From Acanthaster planci (taxonomy: Eukaryota), in contig NW_019091358.1 of NCBI RefSeq assembly GCF_001949145.1, forward strand, positions 1,364,961 through 1,428,960: a DNA stretch of 64,000 nt. Reading direction: 5' to 3'. A program made the position numbers and the translations under genes. Each line of letters opens with the position of its first letter. Positions within the stretch are counted from its first letter, which is position 1. This document shows positions 53,101 to 62,100 of the stretch, one piece after another. The notes under the pieces were generated by a model that searched no databases, had not been told where the DNA came from, and was given only the letters and a program-made list of their open reading frames with translations.

Positions 53101-56100
53101 GGATGACAAGGGTTGTACCCCTCTCCACTACGCAGCCGCCAACCAGAATGCGGCTCTCTGCAAGCTCTTGGCTGGTAAGTCACCTGACTGAGGTCAGGGG
53201 GGAGGATTTTCCATCATTGTCAGTGCTGTGTTAGAAATGGCAAGAGGATTGCATTACTTGATCATCGCCTTGACATCACAAACATTTCTGGTGAGAGGTC
53301 ATGAAAATTGACTACAGTATGAAGGTGATTTTCTGAAGAAAAAAAAATGGTTTCCACAGAGAGGGACGAGGCTAATTTCAAGAAGTCTCTGAATTGCAAG
53401 GATGGTAGAGGGCGCACTCCGATGGCAGCAGTCTTCTGGAACATTGGCTTTGACCTGTCCACCATGGCAGTCATACGGTAAGGCAAATGATTAGGGCCAT
53501 GTTCAAACAATGATCATTTATCAACCAGTATTCGATTTTGCTAAGTGCCGAGAGTACATTTTGGGCACAGGTTACCAGGGAAAATTGACCATTGGTAAAC
53601 AAACGGTCATTGCATGCACCCGGCCTGTATTTAAGGTGCTTGCCAATCACTGCACATACAGCATGCATGCACTTTATGCACCCATCATTTAACCTGGCCT
53701 TTCCTATTTCAACTTGCTGACCTTCAGAGGCCAACAGTTTTCCATGAAGATGTCAGCACACTGAAAGAAACAGTAGCCTGACCCATTGTGTAGAGAATGT
53801 ATCAAACAAGAGGGAGTAGTGTACATTGGCATTGCATTTGTTATGCATGCATTAAAAAATACCATACAGTGACTGCGAACTTCATGAAAGTGCTTACCCA
53901 TCCAACATCAGCTTTAGCTGATCATCGTTGCCTGGTGCCTTGCAATGATGTTAAAGGAAGACCTCTAAACTTTTGAGACTTATAGCTATCTGATCTTCCC
54001 CGCCTCGACTCCCCTTCCACGGAAGCCTTCTCTTCATCTCTCACCAATCCAGACTCTTCACCAAATTCAACGCCTCACTGGACCTCCAAGCCCCCCTGCC
54101 GGACGTCCAGGCGCGCGTCCCCCAGCAGCGAGCCGACACCCTGGACGCCTGGTACCACGGCTCCCCGGCCAAGTCGGCATCCCGCACCCCGCTCATTCTC
54201 TACATCCACACCAACGACTTCCACGGCTGCCAGTTCCTGCTGCAGAACGGGGCCAGCTGCAACTACGCCGACGAGGACGGCCTGACGCCACTCATGCATA
54301 TTGTCAGGCAGGTAAATGTATGATTTTGACGTCATTTATCTTTAGCTGTAGAATTTTGTTTAAAGAAAAGGAAAGAAATTTTTGACAGAGTGCACACTTT
54401 CATGTTCTCCTTAGGCCAACCCCGTCACAGCCAACGTGAACTTTGCTGGTTGGCCCACGCTGTTCTTGGTTTGTTAGAGGTATACATGTATATACCTGGA
54501 GGGGCAGGTAGACTGTTTCCCAGTCCCTTTGTCATTCTTGTAATAATCATGGAGACGGGGAACCAGGTGGTCAGCCAATCCTTTTTCCTGTTCTCTGATA
54601 ACAGGGTCCTTGTTCACAGACTATTGTTGCCATAATTTGACTGAAAATGACATATAGTGTACTTTTTCACTTGTTTTCAGGAAATGGGACAGCGCATTAT
54701 CATAGTATTGCCAATATTTTGTCAGGAGGAGGTGTCTCAAAAATGGAATAGTATAGTAGTACAGTAATAGTATTGCTTGTTTACGTTATCCTGCATTATG
54801 GGTAGGGCTGAGTTCATTTGAATAAGTCACTATTCGAATATTCCACCTTCAATTTGATTGAATATCCAAATATTTGGTCTTACTGACTGACAGATTTTTG
54901 ATGAACAAACCATATATAGAAAATCAGTTTCAGTAATGCACACAGTTGTACATTATAATCACTGTAATAGTTTCTCATTTCTACGAGTATCTCCAGTCAC
55001 AATTTAGCAAGATTTAAGAGACGAACAATACTTTTTGCCCTGTTGAAAATATCTATTCCTTTTAAATTTTTTAATGAATCATTTACTTTTTAAGTCAGTA
55101 AGATTTCTGTCACTTTTCATTTGAACCTGCTTGAAACAAGACTCCATAGTGCAGTTTTTCTCATTTTAAACCCCCACAAAAATTGTCCCTTGCTTTTCAT
55201 GAATTTTGTATTTCAATATTCAAATTCAGAAAATAATATTCAAATATTCAATAATTAATCAAATATTCATATATTCGGCACAGTCGTAACCATGGGCTGT
55301 TGGGATTTATCATTCTTTGAGCAGGCAGGTCCCCTTCCATAGAAAGAGCTCGTTACAAAAGTTTGTTTGACATCAGTCTGGCTGAAGTCAGTTGGAATGA
55401 AACAGCCATGCATCTATTCTGAACCAGAAAAATATTGTTTTGTAGCCCCGTTTGAGTGCAGAGGTCTTGAATGCATGCATATTAACACTGAATTTAAATT
55501 TGATTGTACAGTTTGGTTTAAGAAACAAACAACATGAAGTATTCGCATGTTGCTTTCATTTTGTCTTGTTGCACAGAATGAGCTGGATCTCTTGCAACTT
55601 CTCCTGAACAACGACTTTGAAAAAGCCTTTGTCGACTGGTCAGCTAGGCGGATCCAGGAAAAATCTCTCTCCACCTGGGCTGTCAATCTGTGGGAACAGA
55701 GAAGTGAGCACGTGCAGGATCCTGTCATTTTATTGGTTGCACCACGAAATGACGTGTGCAAACATTTTTATATGCCATGGAGTGATGCAAAGTCCAGAAA
55801 CTTTGCCCACACAGTGCATCAGTCCCTGTTGTGGCAACTATCCATGATATGTCAATTTGTGATGCAACCAACAATTTATATAGGTGGGACACATAATGGA
55901 GCCCGCTGTTATCCATACGTTGGGGGATTTATCATGAATAGAGAAGGGCATTGGCATTTCTTTCCACATCAGGCCGTCTGTAATTAGTGTTATAACACCT
56001 CACCCACAGATTCTGTATCTTGATTGGCTGAAAGTACGCCATGTGATGTTTGCTACTTATAATTAAAAAATTGCTTTCTTGTCATCTTAAGGTTATCATT

Positions 56101-59100
56101 TAGTTTTCATTTTTTCTTGGCAGGAAATTCTAGACAGGGTTGCTTTTTCCTTTGTTGGAGCCAAAAATAAGGGCCGGTCAGAAAGGAGAACCATAGAATT
56201 GGCTCCTGGTGCTCTTACATATATCTGTTCCTCCTACAAGGATTTTTCAAATGGCTTGATGCAATCTAGCCTGGAGTTAAGGGCATGAGGTGTTGCTTTA
56301 GTATTTAGACATGCATGTATTAGAAGAGATATTTCAAAGGATTGGTTCAGCAGATGACACATACAGGACGGTCAAGGAATGGAAGGCCTCAGCAAAGAGC
56401 TCAAACAGTTGACCCTATGGTAAAAGGGGTATTTGATTCACACAGTTATTGTACCTCGGAGAAACATTTAACTTTTTTATTGAAAATTCAAGGAAAACAA
56501 TAAATGTAGCATTGTGTTTTTAAGTCCAGGCGTGTATCCACCTCGAGCAGAAGCACCCCCTCATCGGTTGAAAAAAGTCATGTTGGTCGGGAGTATTCAT
56601 TTTTTTGGTAGCGATGCGGCCATAATGTGTGCATTTCCAAGTCATTCCTGAACCAGCGAAGTTCAGTTTTAACCAAAGGAGCCTTGGTTGCCAAGAAAAT
56701 AGCGCCCTCTCTTGGTCCAGCACAAGATCCTTAGACTGGACACACTAGANNNNNNNNNNNNNNNNNNNNNNNNNNNNNNNNNNNNNNNNNNNNNNNNNNN
56801 NNNNNNNNNNNNNNNNNNNNNNNNNNNNNNNNNNNNNNNNNNNNNNNNNNNNNNNNNNNNNNNNNNNNNNNNNNNNNNNNNNNNNNNNNNNNNNNNNNNN
56901 NNNNNNNNNNNNNNNNNNNNNNNNNNNNNNNNNNNNNNNNNNNNNNNNNNNNNNNNNNNNNNNNNNNNNNNNNNNNNNNNNNNNNNNNNNNNNNNNNNNN
57001 NNNNNNNNNNNNNNNNNNNNNNNNNNNNNNNNNNNNNNNNNNNNNNNNNNNNNNNNNNNNNNNNNNNNNNNNNNNNNNNNNNNNNNNNNNNNNNNNNNNN
57101 NNNNNNNNNNNNNNNNNNNNNNNNNNNNNNNNNNNNNNNNNNNNNNNNNNNNNNNNNNNNNNNNNNNNNNNNNNNNNNNNNNNNNNNNNNNNNNNNNNNN
57201 NNNNNNNNNNNNNNNNNNNNNNNNNNNNNNNNNNNNNNNNNNNNNNNNNNNNNNNNNNNNNNNNNNNNNNNNNNNNNNNNNNNNNNNNNNNNNNNNNNNN
57301 NNNNNNNNNNNNNNNNNNNNNNNNNNNNNNNNNNNNNNNNNNNNNNNNNNNNNNNNNNNNNNNNNNNNNNNNNNNNNNNNNNNNNNNNNNNNNNNNNNNN
57401 NNNNNNNNNNNNNNNNNNNNNNNNNNNNNNNNNNNNNNNNNNNNNNNNNNNNNNNNNNNNNNNNNNNNNNNNNNNNNNNNNNNNNNNNNNNNNNNNNNNN
57501 NNNNNNNNNNNNNNNNNNNNNNNNNNNNNNNNNNNNNNNNNNNNNNNNNNNNNNNNNNNNNNNNNNNNNNNNNNNNNNNNNNNNNNNNNNNNNNNNNNNN
57601 NNNNNNNNNNNNNNNNNNNNNNNNNNNNNNNNNCGACCCCCGGGAAAAAAATTTATGAAAAGTGTAAAATTGACCCCCTTCCACCATAAATGGTTGGTCA
57701 GGTGGCTGCTGATTAGTGCTCTGCCCTTCCTAACACCCCCCCCACCAGAAACCAATCTTGGTGATGCCCCTGCCAAGAGGCAAGCATAGGGAGTACTTTG
57801 GGAAAAACTGTTGTCTTGCTGTACATTCACTCTTTTTTCATTTATGTGTTGCAGTCACTTTGACTCCAGTGTTTAATATGGAAAATGAATATGCCGGTCT
57901 CGAAAAATGCCAACTTTTCCAAGAACGGTTGGACGAAGATGTGAACTTTTGCCGTGTAACAGTGCATGGGCCAACACATGTGAAAGTGCACTACAGAAAC
58001 TCCACGAATAATTTCTTTAGATGCTTTAAAGCTCACCGATATACCGAGAGATATTCTTAGTACAGGATATGGATATGTGAAGTGTAAACATTGAAATCTG
58101 TGGAAAAATCTAGAGAGTCATTGGTTTGACCTACTGCCAGCTATTTCCCAGAAATTTTTCCTGATACATTTTTTGTGCGTTCAGGCTGTTTAGAATTGAA
58201 GGGATCGTCATTAATTATCCAGTTCTGTCCTTGTGTTCCTATCTCCCTCCCCACAGAAAAGAAAGAGCGGTTGGAGGAAGAAAAGAGACAGAATGCCGTC
58301 AAGAGGTTTTTGGAAACCTCCAAAGTTGACCTGAATGCAGCCGACCTGGCCGGCCGCACAGCCGTCCACCACTTGGTCAAGACACGCTCCTACGGCACAC
58401 ATGAGAACACAGTCATGCTGGACTTACTGTTCCGACTGGGCGCCAAGGTCACAGTGCGGGACAAGCGGGGAAAAACACCGTTGGATTATGCCATGGAGGT
58501 CCGCTCAATAAAAATGGCCGCAACACTGCAACGACTCATGAAGGTCAAAGATGCCAAATGGGTGAGCTCTCCTAGTCCTAGCCCACATCTGGTCTGTTCC
58601 TTATTTGAAAGGCCTCTGGTGAGGTGTGAATTAGAAATTTCTCGAGCAGAGCAGTAATCAACAGTACCATGTACATTTTGACATTGGAGTTTCTTCAGAG
58701 CCATGCTGTTTTAATATTTTTCACATTGTCATAACTTTAATATCATCAATTGGGGCAAAGTGCAGCTTTGGCATTGGAAATGCAGAGCATTACAGTTGAT
58801 GAAGACCAGTGAGTGCTATCTTTATGTTTTGCTGGTACTCAGATGCACTATGCACAGAGATTCTAGGCTTGTGCACATTCAGGTGAAAGTTAGATGCAAG
58901 GACAAGAGCCCTTATACAGCTGACCTGGCATATCGTATGTGCACCTCTTTGCTGTTGTAAAGAGATAAAACATTACCATTTACATTTCCCATATAAAGGT
59001 TGTGGTTTTATCCCCTCAAGTCTTTGCTGAGGTGGAAAACTAATACATGGGCACAGCAGAATTCCCTGAGATTACCCACATTTGTATGGTGGCCTTTACG

Positions 59101-62100
59101 CAAAACAGAAACAAAAATTGCCAAGGAAACCTGATGAAGTCTTGGTAACATTGCAGTAATTTGGGCGGATAAATTGTAATCATTGTGTTCATTAATCTTG
59201 ACACCTCATGAGCAATCTCCATGGTAACTTGCAGAAGCTGCCCAAGCCCGAGCCTGCCTCGTGGATGGACAGCAGCCACTTCAGAAAGCCCAAGCCCAAC
59301 TTCAAAGCTGATGCTCGGGCCATGATCAAGCAGCTGGAGACAGCAGTCACTGCTAAAAAGACCAAGGGGAGGAAGCAGGAGGCAGAGAGTGGGGCCAAGG
59401 TTGATCCCTTGTCCAAATTCAAGGAAGGAGGGTGAGCAATTCTATATTTTCACAGACCTAAACATACCCGACTATTTTGAAAGATCTTTTGGTCCATTTG
59501 ATAGCCAATGTAGCCACCAAAACAGGAGAAATTCGTCTTTTTTTTGGCGAAAATTCTCTGAAATTGGCAGAAACTTTACGGAAACATTTTTCATTTTCGT
59601 ATACTGTCCTTAATATTTACAAATACTGGACTTCTCTTTCAAATTTGTCTACATGTATCAAACAGTTTTTCTCAGGTTATTATGATTTTTTTTCATGTTA
59701 ATCACCACTTGTACACAACTGTGCTTACGCTCAGTGTTGTAGTCGAGACCATCACAAGACCAGACACAAGACCAGACACAAGACGAGACACAAGACCATC
59801 ACAAGACCATGCACAAGCAACAGTGTGAACAATGACAAAGGAATGCTTTTGTTGCTGTTCATTTGAATAGCTTGTGGCTTGACTTCAGACTGGAGGCCTT
59901 GTGTTGGTCTTGTGCTAGTCTTGTGTGGTCTTGTGAAGGTCTTAAGTGGTCTCGACTACAACTGTGCTTACGCTGACTGTTAAAATTTCATGGACCTACA
60001 TGTACTGGATCTAAAACTAGAAGGGGTGTGTCTAATAGACACAAAGACGTCATATTTTACTTGACTGGATGATGGCTACGTTGTCGTCAACATTGTTGAT
60101 ACAGCAAGGAACAAGCTTAGACAAGGGTTGGCCTTTTCTTCCATGGAATACTGATTTGAAAGTCTTCCAGGGAAAAAGAAAACTTAATTTAAAAAAAATA
60201 TTTAACGATGGTAAGGTGAGTTGTTAGAGTCAAACAACAATTTTGAACGCGACTATCCAGAATCTTGTAATATTTTCATGTAGAGAATGAAAGCATAGCA
60301 TGGAGCATGTGGTGGTCCAAAGGTAAAAGCAGTCCATACTCCGNNNNNNNNNNNNNNNNNNNTGTGAAAGCAAACTGCAACTTTGATCATTCTCTTCACT
60401 TGTCACTCACCAGGGTGGTCCTTATGGATGAAGAACTAGGAGTGCCCTTCAATGCCACCTTGACACGAGTAGATGTCAGACACGGGACCTACGGGATGAA
60501 CAACTTCTACAAAATGCAGGTGTGCAAGCCAGAACATACATCTTTGAGTAGCAGTGTAACTCCATCCTGAGAAACAAATTTTTTTTTTAAAATTTACAAT
60601 CTCTTTGGATACACTTGAGTTGGAATTTTTCAATCTAATATGTCGGTAACACACCCCAGGAAAGAGTTGATCACCTACATCAGGCCGAAGATAATCACCC
60701 GGAATTGACCTTGACCTATTAATGGAAGAGTGAGAGCATGTAAAGAAAGGGAAAACGCCTCGGTAAAAAGCTGTGAACACTTTACTCTGAGGGCTCTGCT
60801 GCAGTGGTTTTGGTGAGGCCTAAAAAGCCCCAGTTGAACTTGTGACAACACAGAACAGTCAGAGACTGACTCTCCAGTAATGAGCTGCACCTGAGTTGTG
60901 ACAATGGCAAATATACTCAGCAATTTCTTACAAGCAGGGCGTAGCTGTGATCTCAACTCTCAAGGCACCATGAGTTGACGCTCAAACAAAAATTCAAAAG
61001 CCACAGCGTCAGACAAAAATTAAACTGCCGGCATGTGGTGCCGACAGCCGAGAGTCAATTTACAGCTCACTTAGGTGAAGTTATGTATTGTCCAATACTT
61101 TGTGTTTGGAGGCTATTGGTGTTGCAAGTTTCTTTCAGTTTTGTGGGCCGAGCATTGTTTTTTTGCTTCATGTTGTGGCACAAGAGAATGACAGGTCCTG
61201 CTCAGTATTACATGTTCCCTGATGTGGCACAGATTTCTTTTTTTACTGTGTTGTATTCCTGAGTGGTGATTTATCCTAAATGTTGCAGACTGTGAACAGT
61301 TGTCAAACAGGCTAAGTTATAGACCCCAAAAGTTTGGCGACACAGAAGGAAGGTTTGGTAAAAGATGAAATGCTCCACATTTGGGGTTCTGTTGTAGTTG
61401 ATTACTGATACATCTCCTGTGGTACAGTTTTGTTGCAACAGTTATGTAACTAAACATAGTATTGTGTTCACAGAGATTAGATTGATAGTGCTGCTTAGAA
61501 AATGATGGTACCTTGTTTTTTTTTCTCCAGATCATTCACCAGACTGGCAAGGATATGATCCTGCTGTTCACACGATGGGGTCGCATCGGTGAGGAGGGGC
61601 AGTACCAACGTACCCCATTCAGCAGCAGACAGGAAGCTGTCAAGGAGTTCCAGAAGATCTTCCGTGCCAAGACTGCCAACCACTGGGCCGACGTTAAGAA
61701 GTGAGTGGGCCCCAGCTTACTGGCTCATGCAGGAAATGTTGCCTGATGAGGGGACTTTCTTGATGTTTTGATGATTTGTGTTCGTCAACCCCATGGTCTG
61801 CTAGATCCTGTTGGTTCCGCTGATGAAGTTTTTAAAGAGACTTTCTCTTTTTAAACGTTTTAAATTGTCCATGCTTTTCCAGACAACAGAGAGGGCTGTT
61901 GCTTTGACGTTGATCAGGAAAGACACTGCCTTGTGTAGGGGTTTTTCTGTTGAGTTTGTGAGCCCAAAATGTGTTAATTGAAGACATTTCTGAGAAGGGG
62001 TTGCTCATATTATTGTCATGAACTCAAACACCAATAAATCACCAAGAAAAGGAAACTTGGAACAGAAAACTATCAGAAATTCCAGCAGTTTCTTCTGCAC

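Noticed and set aside
56351..56419. Possible extra PARP exon (cag...ATG|gtaaaa)
   Set aside because: I found no phase 1-1 reading with a good acceptor, and the peptide is not recognisable.
56712..57830. ORFs of 300+ aa made of X
   Set aside because: They are artefacts of the N gap. The flanking PARP exons join in phase without needing a hidden exon, though one cannot be excluded.
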